Below, in pieces: positions 24,409 through 37,730 of a stretch of 64,000 nt of DNA. How positions within the stretch are numbered: position 1 is the first letter of the stretch; each line of letters opens with the position of its first letter. This DNA is from Mytilus trossulus (taxonomy: Eukaryota): NCBI RefSeq assembly GCF_036588685.1, contig NC_086380.1, forward strand, positions 4,588,001 through 4,652,000, read 5' to 3'. The position numbers were made by a program, and so were the translations under genes. Under the pieces are notes generated by a model. It saw nothing but the letters and a program-made list of their open reading frames with translations. It ran no database searches and had not been told where the DNA came from.

Positions 24409-26295
24409 GTATGATATACATTTATTACTTCATAATTCATATACCGCACACGAGCAGTGCATTTGAAGTTTGCAAGACTCCGTAGTTGTTTATGGCATTA
24501 ATTTGTTTAAGCTATCAGTCTAAGATACTAGAATGCATTAAAGGGGTATAGGTAAGTTAGGGGTATATGTAAGTTACAGGGCAAATCGAAACGTGCAAGA
24601 AAATACTTATATGCAAATGACTTTCGTAGATTTACTAAACTATGGTACGTCAATTGAAAAATGATTGCTCTATTTCTCTATTTTATAATTTTGAAATTAT
24701 CACAGGTACAAATTCTTCCAATTTTTACTATCATTTGATAGTTTATAATCTATCGCAGTTACTGGTAATATATATATACAGAGAAGAAAGAAAAAAATAT
24801 TGTCGTAACTGTTAAGATTTGAGTATAATCATTTTGGAAGTAATTTAAGCATATATTACATTTTTCAGCTTACAAACATAAGCCTTTGTTATTTACGATA
24901 CACAAGAGACACCAAAAACTTAATGTAAAATTCAAAACAAGTTCTTTAACATGAATCCAAAAATCAATGCTTACAATGGATATATAAGAACATAATTTAA
25001 TGTAACTTTTTAACATAAAAAAGGACTAAGTTCGTACTATGTTCATTCTTTTTAATTGATAAATATCAAAGGTCGACCATACAATTGGTATTGAACAGCC
25101 GCTTTACATTTAATGGGTTTATATGTTAATGTACACAACAGGTTAATATTATTACTACAACTGTCTACATATTAAACTTTAAATACTCCAAAACTTAAAA
25201 GCATGAATTGGTATACAATTTTTTTTTATTGTTTACATAAACTTTATTGAAGTGAAAACTTTTAATTTTAATTGTCTTCTGCTGATCAATTTTATCTTAA
25301 AGAAATCTGATACCCATTCTAATCAGTTTGAATTGTGGGTTTTGTCAATCAAGTATGAATTTCTTTCATGTCGTATTAGTACATAAATAACTATTTGGAT
25401 AATACCAAAAAACAATATTACCACTGTTTTTTCTTCTTGCTTTTTGCTTATTTTCTCATGCGATACATTTTGAATCGGGTTTTTTTAAATAGTTCATTAT
25501 TCATGTTTTCCAAATGATACTGTAAGCACCTTTGAGAGTGCTTCGATTGGAATAGGATATCCTGCTTTTATGAATTTTTATTCTCTTTTTGCTGGTTTTC
25601 AAACTGCTAACAATCTCTTAGATGATTTACCTTAAATTGGTAATAATTAGTGGTACCAACCGATAGGAATTTAGATAAACTCATCAATAAAATTATGTAC
25701 GCCAGACGTTTTGTCTACAAGTACAAGACTCATAAGTGAAGTTCGAATAAATGTTGTTAAAAAGGCCAGATAGAAATACGAAGTTAAAGACAAGCTCTGT
25801 GGGTATACCATCGAAATCAAATCCTGGTAACATATATAAAAAACGTTTTAAAAAACTAATGTGGCAAACACGGCATTACTCTTAATATTTTATGTTTTAA
25901 TTAAATGTTAACGACTGAATGATACATCCTGAGTACTTAATTCAATCTATATTTTTATGGTATCACAATAATATATTATAACATTTCTTAATCCACGTTA
26001 CCGTTACATTAAAATTTGTGATTAAATCTTTCTTTTTAATTTTAACTGTACATAACAAAAAACAGTCACGACTGAAAAACGAGTATTGTCTTTCGAGAAG
26101 TTAATTCAATAGAAAGCTGTTTTCTTTTGTTTTTTTTTAAATTGTAGAAATTTTAAATCATTCATAGTCACAAATAATGAATTCAAAATGTTTAAATTAA
26201 AGGGTTTTGTTTAATTGGAAGTTTGTACGAATGTCTTATCCTTATTTATAAAATGAAAATAAGAACATGTGGTATGATTGCCAACGAATCCACTT

Positions 26296-26425
26296 AAACG
26301 CATGAAACGAGACCCCTAAAACGCCTGATACGAGACCATTAAACCGCCTGATACGAGACAACTGAAACGCCTTACACAAGACCAATTAAACGCATGATAC
26401 GAGTCCACTAAAACGCCTGATACAA
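26296..26425 (+). repeat. 22-bp minisatellite (aaacgcatgaaacgagacccct-like); second array at 28500-28645
   Basis: Visible tandem units in both duplicate copies. Confidence 0.75.
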
Positions 26426-28231
26426 GAAAATTAATTGAGGGTATATGATTGATAAGGTATGAGCATGGATGATAAAATAAAAGTTTTAAAAATAAAAGTG
26501 GGAATTCATCTAGAAAGAAAAAAATTGTGGTCATTTGGCGGACTTATGTCCATTTGCACAATATTCCAAAGCTTGCATTTCCTGTCATGGGTTCTTTGAT
26601 AAAGGTCTGATGCTAACGAGGAATCTATTGAACTAAAGGTTCCAAGTGGTAAGGTTGTGGTCATCACAAGTTACTAGTTCGGTATTTAGCCTGAATGATT
26701 TCCTAATCCACAACGGTCACTAATAACAAATAGAGACATTACTTTTGTCATAAACTGTTAAGACTTGACTATAATTATGTTTGAAGTAATATAAGCATAC
26801 ACACAGTTATTTTTGTGATTTTACTTTTTAAAAACATAAACTTTTGTTTTTGACGATCTGAAAGAGACTCCAGAAACTTAAAGTAAATACAAATCTTTTT
26901 ACATGAATCAAAAAATCATCCATACAATAGAAACATAAAGAGCATACTTTGATATAAACTTTTTAATATAAAAAAAAAAGGACTAAATTCGTACTGCATT
27001 TCTTCTTTTTAATTGATAAATATCAAAGGTCGACCATACAATTGGTATTGAACAGCCGCTTTTCATTTAATGAGTTTATATGTTTATGTACACAACAGGT
27101 CAATATTATTACTACAACTGTCTACATATTAAACTTTAAATACTCCAAAACTTAAAAGCACGAAATTGGTATACAAAAATTGTTATTGTTTACACAAACT
27201 TTATTGAAGTGAAAACTTTTAATTCTAACTGTCTTCTGGTGATCAATATTATCTTAATGAAATCTGATACCCATTCAAATCAGTTGTATTGTGGGTTTTG
27301 GCAATCACGTATAAATTTATTTCATGTCGTTACTATTTGGATAATACGTAAACAACATTACCATTGCTTTTTCTTATTGTTTCTCTCGTGAATTAGTCTA
27401 CGAACGTAAAAAAATATCTGCTTTTTTTTAGTGTATCTGTGATAATTCTGCAATCAGCTGAGATCGGTTTCATTTTGAATGTTAGTTCTCTGTTAGGTAA
27501 TATGTCCATGATGACATTGCACCTTTCAATACCGCACACAATTCATAACCGTTTGAAATTCAATTTTTTTTTAATAAATCATTTTTGAAAGCCAAAGTAT
27601 TCACAAATGAGTAAATGATTAAAAGCTTGAAATAGTGTAAGAAAATCGGTCTTTTGTAGAGTATAAAGTAAGGGAATGCGTTATGATTCCCAATGAGACA
27701 AATGCATATTTCATGTTGCTTCAGAAATAAACATAAATATTGGTTATTGTTCTTCTTCAAATGCTGTCTATTTGAGAGAGGAACGAAAGATACCAGATAC
27801 CAGAGGGACATCCCCTTTTATTTAATTGATATTTGGAGTACAAACTGGTAACGAATAGTTGTTACAAACCGAAAGATTTTAAATATACTCATTGAAATTG
27901 TTTGTGACGTTCGAATAAAATAAAAGTTAAATGACCACAAAAAACACGAAGTTTAAGACAAGCCCTGTGGGTGTATAGTCGAAAATTTTAAAAAATACCA
28001 TAAAAAAAACGCTTCAAAAAACTTGGGTGGTAATCACTGCATTACTTTTAAAATCTTATGTTTTAATTATTAGTTTACTTAATAATACTCCTGAATCCTT
28101 AATTCAATTGATATTTTAATGATATCACAATAATTTAGTATAACATTTCTTTACCATAGCATTTAGATTTTTTGATGAGATCTTTTGAATGTTTCACTGT
28201 AGAAATAAACAATCTTAACTAAAAAACGAGA

Positions 28232-28296
28232 ATCTTATGTAGACGAAAAGCGCGTCTGGCGTATTAAATTATAATCTTGATACCTTTGATAACTAT
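28232..28296 (+). mobile_element. 5'-truncated retrozyme insertion (3' half of HHR plus terminus)
   Basis: tcttatgtagacgaaaagcgcgtctggcgtattaaattataatcttgatacctttgataactat; absent from the paralogous site (~26080-26095) in duplicate A. Confidence 0.8.
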
Positions 28297-29444
28297 AGAT
28301 TTTCGAGAAGTCAATTCTATAGAAAGTTATTTTCTTTTGTTTTCTTAAATTGTTTGAATTTTAGATTATTCGTAGTCAAAAATAATGAAATCCATCTGTT
28401 GAAATTAAACGTTTGTTTTTAAAATGGAGGTTGTACGAATGTCTTATCCTAGTTCATAAGAAAAAATAAAACATGCAGTATGATTGCCAATGAGTCAGCT
28501 AAAAGCCTAATAGAAGACGAGTAACACGCATGAAACGAGACTACTAAAACGCCTAAACCGAAACCACTAAAACGCATGAAACGAGACCCCTAAAACGCAT
28601 GAAACGAGACCACTAAAACACCTGAATTGAGACCACTTAAACGTCGAATAGTCTTTTAACAAGTCGATAAAGACAGTTTTTGCGTTTTTCCCTCAAATCA
28701 AAAGACTTTGAAGGCTCATAGTAAACTCATTTTTAAAGACATAATCAATATTTATCACCTGATATCTTACTTGCGGACATCAAAGTACTGAAGCGGGATT
28801 ACAATAGTTAAGCCTTTTCGAATCAATATATGGACTTGGTCGTACATCTGCCTCAGTAGAATTTGGATGTTGTCGCGAGGTTGCATGTGTTTTTATCGTT
28901 GTTCTCATATTAAATTATTGTTTTTGTTAATTGTTCATGTGAGTCCTACGTGGATAGACAATATAAGTTATTAATAAGTGTGTCTGTCGTCTGCTTTTTT
29001 GCCTAAGTTTTAAACAATGATATTTGTGGTGCGTCTTGTCTGTTGTCAATTGAAGAAGATATGTCATCTGAAATTCAATTAAAATATGAACGAAGTTGAT
29101 ATTATCAAGTTGTTTATGTTTCAATTTTATTAAAGATTCAAAATTAAAATCAATTATTGTATTTTTATTAAACAAAAATCATGTATTATTTAAATTTTCT
29201 ACCTAAAATCGATTAAATTGATAAGCAACAATGGTTTATTTGTGCAGTCTCTCAGTTGAGGAATGTTTTCTTTTATTTGTTGAATTCATTACAATTGATC
29301 CTTTATTTGATCGTACAAATCAAAGTATAATTTAGACTTCAAATTGAATTGTACAAAGAAAATTGGTATCAACTAATTTGTCGCGAAACGAGGAAAATAA
29401 TAAAAGTTAAAAGAATGAACACCTAGCAGTTTATCATTCGCCCA

Positions 29445-29662
29445 AACTGCATACGCTTAAATCTAAAATGAACTAAATTTCGTATACCAAAAAAAAAAAA
29501 AGAATAAAATAGTAAGAGTTTTTCATTTCAATTGATAATTTGTATGGTTTTTTTTACAAAAAACATACAAATTATCAATTGAAATGAAAAACTCATACTA
29601 TTTTATTCATTTTTTTTTGGTGTACGAAATTTAGTTCATTTTAGATTTAAGCGTATGCAGTT
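29445..29662. repeat. Near-perfect inverted repeat (~105-bp arms, almost no spacer)
   Basis: aactgcatacgcttaaatct...ttgtatg / catacaa...agatttaagcgtatgcagtt. Confidence 0.9.
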
Positions 29663-31248
29663 CTATTATTTTTTTACAAAAAAACATGACATGAATAATA
29701 ATAATCATTTATTCATATGAACAACCTGGTGATTCTCTTTTTTCCATTATTTTACATCACAATGCACTCAGGTTGCTTGTGTTCGCAATCAAAAATGATA
29801 TGTGTTTTTAAGCAATAAAGGACTTTTTAAGCAAGTTTTGTCTGCATCATACATTTCCATTTTTGACAGTTAACACATTGTATATTACACACTTAAAAGG
29901 CATGTAACATCGGTCAACCTCTCATTTCCATTTAACTCATCACAATCATACAGTATTTAAAAGCTGTTCTAATTAAAATGCGTGACCTCTAGATGTCCTT
30001 CGACTGTTTGTGCCGTTGAATTACCGTCTGATTGAGGAGTATCCAACATTTCCTTTTATTCCTCTTTTAAATCACACCTATATTGTATGTTGACCTTCAT
30101 GGTAAATGGTACTACTTTCCCCCTTACATTAGAGTGCAAAGTAAATACACCATCCTGAACCGGCCTTACAGGTGACGATAACAGTAAATAAAATGCCACA
30201 CCTGTGTTGCCATTCCCGTGGTTTTTTTTCGTAAATTTTGAAGAAAAGCAGGCCACTAATTGGTGCATTTTGATACCTTTCACCTCAATTGTTGGTAAAA
30301 ATTCTATCAATTATGATTAAATTAATTTTTTTTTAATTACGAATTGATTCATTTGAAACAGTTTCTCTTTCAATAAATATTTTTAGAAACTACATCGCTG
30401 CTTTAAGTAACCATATATCGATTATTTAAATAGATATCTTACTATCAGTAAAATACTATTGTTACAATTATACGGTAAATGATTGATGACTTTAATGGCT
30501 TTTGTCTATTAGAACATTGCTGACTGGGTTGTTTCGTCAAATGAATATTGATATCGAAAATAATTTTATCAAGTGTGAAGCGGGCAAAGAGTATCAATAC
30601 AGACCTGTAAATAACAAACCAAATGTCTTTCAATGGCGGAATTGTATATGTTTTATAATTGATGTCTTTTGCAGCCGATTGATTTCACTATAAGTTATAG
30701 GTATACCAAATTTAGCAATGAACTAGCATTTATATCCTCATTAAAGTCATGAAGGTGCAATGCTTCGTTGGTAGTTTTAAATGCGTCAACTTTCCACATA
30801 TTTAGCGACTATGCTCTTTTATTTTGCAATGCATTTTTAAGTATTTTTGTCTTTACAGTTGGTAGCCATATCATTAAGTTAAATGATTGAATAAACATTC
30901 ATCTAGCATACGAATATAAATTTACATTGGGAATAAACTAATTATGTGTTCATAAAGGAAATGTACGGTGAGTCAATGAGTCAACAATCCAAATACACAA
31001 ATAATGCAAAAAATATATAGATGTCAAAGGGGCTGTCTAGCTAATGTAAAAGGCTGTAAATCGTCCAAGCTACAATTGAGTTGGAAATGAGTTTAACAAA
31101 GAGTTTTTCAAGTATCTACATTAAGCACGAATTTCATTGAAGAAAAGTATAGCTATAACTTCATAACTATATAAAATACGCGTGTGTGTCTGTGTTTGTT
31201 ATTTAACTGTTTATTTTACACCATTTCTAAATTTTGTTTATTTTACAG

Positions 31249-31445
31249 TTGCTTTTTCTGAGGTGTACGGACATGGATTCAGAACCTATGAGTATAGTCC
31301 ACCCACGATAAATGTAACAACACCGGTCGAAGAACAGGAAATGAACCAGGGAATGTACAGTTTAAGATCTTTTCTCTACCCACAATTCTTTGCTGTGATT
31401 TTTGCCGTCTGCAAGTTCGTTGGGATACGTTTGAATTGTTATTTG
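31249..31445 (+). CDS. GT22 mannosyltransferase, coding exon 2
   Basis: Acceptor ttttacag|TT gives V-AFSEVYGHGFRTYEY...LRSFLYP (PIG-B-like). Donor TTG|GTAATT is phase 0. Confidence 0.85.
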
Positions 31446-32168
31446 GTAATTATAACTATCGATGTTCAAATTCAAGTGTCTTCAATTTTGTTATGGTATA
31501 AGTAACTGAGACGTAGAACTGCATACCGATTTTTTGCAAATATAGATTATTAGGGTTTTTAGATAATTATCATCAGTTACAAACAAGCTTAATCGATGTA
31601 TTGTAACTGTTTATTCATCTCATGCACCCGCTGGTTTTTAACGGGAACCCGTTTGGTTATTCCTTCAACTGACTGACATGAGCAGCATTGAGGGACCTAA
31701 AGTTTAACTTGCAATTTATCTTAAAAATGTAATGTTCGTTGTTACAAATGAAAATTGTATGAGGTTTTTTAAGATATATATGTGTTCAGAAAGGGACTTT
31801 ATGCATATGAGAGTATACAACAGAGGACATCAATAATATTCAGTTTGATCTTTATTTAGCAAATAATTGAAAACCAGAAATATTACTTCTCTTAAATGTA
31901 TTGAAGGACTTATCTACCAGCCTGATCAGAAATTGCAATACAAGCGTCGTCAAAAATCAGTTCGTCGGTTTTCTCTTTTGACTGGTTTCACATGTTGTCA
32001 AACCGGGGCCTTTTTTTAGCTTACTTTACGGTATGTGTTTTGCTTATTGTTGAAAACCGTACGGTAACCTATAATTTCTTATATCCACTTCATTTCTTTA
32101 TTTCATATAATTTTCATTGAGACTTGTATATGTATCAATTAGGTGTATTCTTCGTATTTTAATTTCAG

Positions 32169-34112
32169 GTTGGACGTATTTGTCAGTGTGTAGTGACGTC
32201 ATTTACTCCAGTAGCTGTGTTCAGATTCTGTAGGACTTTATTTAGGTGTAGAGGAACTGCGTCCCTAGCGGCAATATTAATTTCATTTTCATTACATATC
32301 TCGGTCCTTGGAACACATACATTGGTCAATAGTTTTATTTCTCCATTCTTATTTCTTTCATTAGACATCATTTTGCAATATTTATTAAAACCTCTGGACA
32401 TTACAGATTTTGCAAACGACAAAAGTTTAAACGAAAGCAGTTCGTCACGGTACAATCATACAGAAAATGGAAGCGCTCCAATACAATGTGCCAAGCGCGA
32501 TATCAATAGTAATTTAAAGACTCCGAAAAATCCATTGAATAGTGCAGCACCTCAAGAGCAAAAACAATCAACAGAAGATGGTAAAATAGTTAAAGCAGCA
32601 AAAACAAAGAAAGGCAAACTGAAACAGAACCATTTAACAACCAGACACTTTACATTGGATATAGATTTAATTGTATTAAGTCTATCTGGTTTTGTTTGTG
32701 CAATAATTTGTTACATGAGGCCTGACACTATCATTTTTCTTATCGTAATTGGCGTCTCATTTCTATTTACATATCGAGATAAAGTATCAATTAAAAAAGT
32801 CGTATATTTAACTGGCACAGTTGGATCAGGTTTTGCAACGGGTTTAACAGTTGGGGGTTTACTCGACTGGTACACATATGGTGTGATGTTTATTTCGCCA
32901 GCTCAGTGGTTGAAGTTGAATGTAGCTTCACATGTTCCCGCTGTATTGTATGGAAGCAATAGTCCATATCAGTATATTTTAGACATTTTTGCCAGCTGCA
33001 ATTCCGAGTTGTGCTTTAACATTTTCTGTCTCGCCGCTTTATTAACTATGATGACTCAAACTGAGTTTATTGACTCAGGGGATCAAAAGTCAACTTCTAG
33101 TCTATTAATAACTCTGTCATTTATGCTTATTATTTATTCAGTAATCGCGCATAAGGAATTAAGATTTGTTCATAACGTTTTAATCATTGTTGAAATTTTA
33201 GCAGCGTACGCAATTCACGGGGCTTTGCAATTTATAAACAGTTTGTTAAAATTTACCAAAGATAAAATCAGAATCGTTGTAATTGTCTTCACGTTAACCG
33301 TAGGTCTCAATACTTACATGAATTTTCCTTCATATGGCGAAGAAACCATCCTGCCATGGAAAACGGTTACACCAGCCGATTCTTCAGATATCAACCAATG
33401 CTTGTTCTTTATAAGTGAACAAAACAATGTAACAGGAGTATTCGTTGACAATTCCATTTACACGATTGCGGGATTTACCATTTTGAATCACGACGTGCCA
33501 TTGCTTACTTTAATTCACCATGAATACCACGAATATAGGAGCGAAGGGTATATACCACGGACTGATCTCAGTTATAAGACACCGCGAAACTTATATGTCA
33601 TCAACCGATACTCTGATATCATCGATGTGACTAATATTCACTATTTATCGAAACGTTTACTAGAAAGTCAAGAATATAATTATGTTGTTGTCCCCAACAA
33701 GAGAGTCCCGTCTTTTAGTCAACTTGGTTTCAATAAAGCCCCGTTTAATGCAGGAAGATATTCCGTCTTACAGAGATTATTGACGCCGATCGAATCTTCA
33801 AAATTGTCAATCGCTGGAAAAAATATGCCACTTGGTAAGAACTCTACCATTATGGAATATGAAGCTAGTTGGTTGTACACAGCAGGATTATATTCGAAGG
33901 CTATAGAACGTTTAGAAAATGCTATAGAACTGAACAATTCAAGAGTACGCCCATTCCAATTGCTTGCTTCATCGTATGCAAATAAAGCTGACTTAACAAA
34001 TGCAAAGGCCACAGAAGACAAATGCATTCTAGGCCATGGTCGAACTGCATGTCGGAAACCCCAGCCAAGAATAGTGATTCACGAGGACTATAAACAGTAC
34101 AGTGTTAATTAA
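32169..34112 (+). CDS. GT22 mannosyltransferase, coding exon 3 (multi-TM body, luminal domain, TPR-like C-terminus); spliced product ~785 aa
   Basis: Acceptor aatttcag|GTT is in frame with the 639-aa ORF. Motifs: YMRPD, LLDWYTYG...WLKLNV, SPYQY, HKELRF; multiple TM helices. Total CDS 217+197+1944 = 2358 nt. Confidence 0.85.
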   Translation, partial: VGRICQCVVTSFTPVAVFRFCRTLFRCRGTASLAAILISFSLHISVLGTHTLVNSFISPFLFLSLDIILQYLLKPLDITDFANDKSLNESSSSRYNHTENGSAPIQCAKRDINSNLKTPKNPLNSAAPQEQKQSTEDGKIVKAAKTKKGKLKQNHLTTRHFTLDIDLIVLSLSGFVCAIICYMRPDTIIFLIVIGVSFLFTYRDKVSIKKVVYLTGTVGSGFATGLTVGGLLDWYTYGVMFISPAQWLKLNVASHVPAVLYGSNSPYQYILDIFASCNSELCFNIFCLAALLTMMTQTEFIDSGDQKSTSSLLITLSFMLIIYSVIAHKELRFVHNVLIIVEILAAYAIHGALQFINSLLKFTKDKIRIVVIVFTLTVGLNTYMNFPSYGEETILPWKTVTPADSSDINQCLFFISEQNNVTGVFVDNSIYTIAGFTILNHDVPLLTLIHHEYHEYRSEGYIPRTDLSYKTPRNLYVINRYSDIIDVTNIHYLSKRLLESQEYNYVVVPNKRVPSFSQLGFNKAPFNAGRYSVLQRLLTPIESSKLSIAGKNMPLGKNSTIMEYEASWLYTAGLYSKAIERLENAIELNNSRVRPFQLLASSYANKADLTNAKATEDKCILGHGRTACRKPQPRIVIHEDYKQYSVN

Positions 34113-35324
34113 AAAAATATATTTAACAAAACATAAGACTCTTAAAGTCTGTTCGCTACTGATAAGTAAACAACAGTAACCAAAATTTATAATTTTTCAA
34201 AAGACAGTATACCATTAACATGCTGTGCGTCTATTGTGAATGACTACATTCGCCTGCTTTATGTTTAGAAAAAAATGTTGGTTTTTTTTTTTTGGGGGGG
34301 GGGGGTTAAAGTAATGCATTCAAATAGTCAGAAGTTTTGACAAACGTAGTTTAAAGAATTCATATAAGTATAGGTTTTTTAACAAGGAGCTATTGTATGG
34401 ATAAAATGTATTTTTTTCTAAAATTTTAACTATAAAATCAAAACTCTTATATACATGTATCAAAATTGCCGAAGATTTTAATTTGTTCTTCTAATTTTTA
34501 CCCTGTGAGTGACGCAAATACACAGAACAGCTACCACACTTTATTAGAGTTATGCTTTTTATACGGTAATAAACTTAAAGTACAAAATAAGGAGAAAAGT
34601 TGGAAATATTACTATCAAATATATGTGAGTGATTTCTCAAGACAGTCGTTCCACATCCACAATCACCATCAAGCATAGCAAAATGCATTAGAATACTAAA
34701 CGTAACATTTTAGTGACGTTACTATAAACTCCCATACTCTGTTTTGTGTGGTGAATATACATGGGTTGTACAGTTTTTAGGCTGGTGTAGGGAAATTGTG
34801 TGCCATTAAATGGTTTGCTTTCATTGTTTAAAAAGAAAAATCTATTCTTTTCTATTCAATCAGTCAAGTTTATATTTTTTTTTTATTATTATTGGTTTTT
34901 TTTATCACTTTTAAAACTGGTTTATATCTGATATCTTTTTTTCAATATTTAACTTATACTTGGCAAAGGACTGAACAGATTCTTATTTAAGGAATGACAG
35001 TTATATTTTTCTGTCTATGAATAAAAAGTAAAATCACAAAAATACTGAACTCAGAGGAAAATCAATTTGGAAAGTCCATAATCACATGGCAAAATCAAAA
35101 AACAAAACGCATCAAAAACGAATGGACAAAGAACTGTCATATTCCTGACTTGGTACAGGCATTTTCAAATGTAGAAAATGGTGGATTAAACCTGGTTCTA
35201 TAGCGCTAACCCTCTCACTTTAATAACAGTTTCATCAAATTCCGTTACATTTACATGATGCGTTAAATAAACAGTCACAATCAATAAAATAGTCAAAATA
35301 TGGGAACATCAGTCATCATCGTAT

Positions 35325-36120
35325 AACAATTTAACAGGACACAACAACATCTACTATCTACGAACACATGGATTGATTTGAGTGTCTGACGTCAGAAAAA
35401 TTATATACGTCACATAAATTTGTCGTTCAATGTGCATACAATAGTTATCAAAAGTACCTGGATTATAAACAATTCTAAATTTTACATAGGCAATGAGCGC
35501 AGACAGGGTTAAAAAATCAAAAGTATGTAAGAATAAATTACAGAAATCGAACTAGTCCAAAAGTTATACATAGAATTTATGAGAATCCAAAACTTTTAAA
35601 AGGAACAATTTAACAGGACACAAAAACCTATCCACGAACACATGGATCTACTTGAGTGTCCGACGTCAGAAAAATTATATACGTCACATAAATTTGTCGC
35701 TCAATGTGCATACAAACAATTTTAAAATTTACATAGGCAATGCACGCATACAGGGTTAAAAAATCAAAAGTATGTAAGAATAAATTACAGAAATAGACCG
35801 AGATTCAAACTAGTCCAAAAATTATACATAGAATATATGAGAATCCAAAACTTTTTAAAGGGAACAATTTAACAGGACACAATAACATCTACTGTCTAAG
35901 AACACATGGATTGATTTGAGTGTCTGACGTTAGAAAAATTATATACGTCACATAAATTTGTTGTTCAATGTGCATACAAACAATTTAAAAAAAAAAATGT
36001 CATAGGCAATGTACGCATACAGAGTTAAAAAATCAAAAGTATGTAAGAATAAATTACAGAAATAGACCGAGATTCAAACTAGTTCAAAAGTTATACATAG
36101 AATTTATGAGAATCCAAAAA
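35325..36120 (+). repeat. ~260-280-bp tandem repeat x3 inside a PLE-type 3' segment; inverted copy at 38484-38781
   Basis: Units start aacaatttaacaggacac at ~35325, ~35603 and ~35863. Confidence 0.85.
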
Positions 36121-36328
36121 TTGTCAATTCCACTACGCCATTGATTGATTTTGACGTTTGTGGTTCAACGTATACAAGTAATTCATAATAGAAATATATC
36201 ATAATGACATATTATAGACAAATATCATACTGACGGGATCTTTTAAAGTACAGAGTCACGTTATAAGCACAAAAGAAATACAAAGAGTCACATATACAAA
36301 ACAAATCACCAAAAAATAAAAGACATAC

Positions 36329-37730
36329 ACTTCAACTTCAACTTTTATTAACACTCTAGACAGTTTACACTGTAACAAGAGGCAGACAAATAATACAAGT
36401 AATAATTAACAATGGTGAACAAGATAGAAAGAAATATACATACATAGTTCATGATACCTAATTATCTGTACACAAGTTTACACATACAAAACACGTGATA
36501 ATCATTCAAAGCTATAATAATGGGATCTGAGATCGCCAGTCGATTACATGTAAGTGATAATATATAGAATCATAGATATTTCATAAGTTTTTTTATAAAA
36601 ATAGACAAGTTATTTAAGACTTTTACATTACATAAAGACAACAAACCTTTCATTTTATATTCTGAAGGGTTAACAATATAGTAATTTGGGATATATGCAC
36701 GTCTTAATTTTTTAACCTCGTCATTTTGACATACAAATAAGTAATGAAACTGATTTCCAATACAATTTTTTTTGCACAAAGTACATAGTCTTTCCTCTTT
36801 TGGAATATTATGCCATCGACCAGTTTCTAGTGGAATTTTGATATTTGAGCATCTAAGTTTGGTAATATATATTCTATTTTCTTTTTTTAATTTTACCAAA
36901 TAATTTTCTAAACAAAAAGCGTGTTTAAACAGTAAATAATATCCACCTCTAGAAGAGTTTTCAGCATCACTAAACCACTTTTGAATAAACTGATCTTGTA
37001 AAATTTGCTTTACATATATTTTGATGTCAACATTTCTTAAAATACATTGATTGTTCCATACATAGCTTAAACCTGTGTTATCTAATGTAGATTTAATACA
37101 ATTAATCCACTTAGAAACAATATTTCCAGAATTATGCATTTTATACAAAAATTGGTATAATAATCCTGATAATTTCGTGCTGTTTAACAATAATTTTGAC
37201 CAGAATGATAAAATTCGTAATCGTACTTTAATTTCCAAGGGATACGTGCCAGTTTCGCCGTACACCATATAATTAGGAGTACTGCTTCTTAATGAAAGAA
37301 TTCTTTTCAAAAATTTTAAATGAACTCTTTCTAAAGCATCTATGTTTTCGAAACCCCATACTTCACAAGAGTAAATCAGTATGGGTTCAACCAAAGAATC
37401 GAACAATTTTAGTTGCAAATCAATAGGAATATTTAAATTCCTTATTTTTCTGTAGAGAGCATAAAGTGCCTTTTCTGCTTGTTCTATCAATTTTTTTCTG
37501 GCATTTGTAAATCTACCGTTACAATTAAACAGCAAGCCTAGATAAGGATAAAAATCTACTATTTCAATATCAGAACCATACAATTTAAAATCATGTAAGT
37601 GGTTTCTTTTGCTTTTTCTTTTTGAAAATATCATAATCTTTGTCTTATCTGTGTTCACAGAAAGTTTCCATTGTGTACAATATAATTCAAACATATCTAA
37701 TGTATTTTGCATATCACTTGCTGTTTCAGC
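36329..37730 (-). mobile_element. 5'-truncated LINE (CR1/RTE-X-like group), RT C-terminal 380-aa ORF plus 3' UTR
   Basis: ORF 36570-37712: WKLSVNTDKTKIMIF, YLG, PILIYSCEVWG, KLRCSN..IPLETGRW..ERLCTLC...FHYLFVC. The 3' end has AATAAA and a (GTTGAA)n tail at ~36329-36349. Confidence 0.85.

Larger units (their letters stand above)
24800..28640 (+). repeat. Diverged local tandem duplication within GT22 intron 1 (copy A ~24800-26430, copy B ~26745-28640)
   Basis: For example 25050-25400 is near-identical to 27005-27370, and 25750-26330 aligns with 27910-28600. Confidence 0.8.

Noticed and set aside
33719-34027. Antisense ORFs overlapping real CDSs (also 32183-32455, 10248-10529, 10953-11216 and 43187-43420)
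   Set aside because: These are shadow frames of the coding strand.
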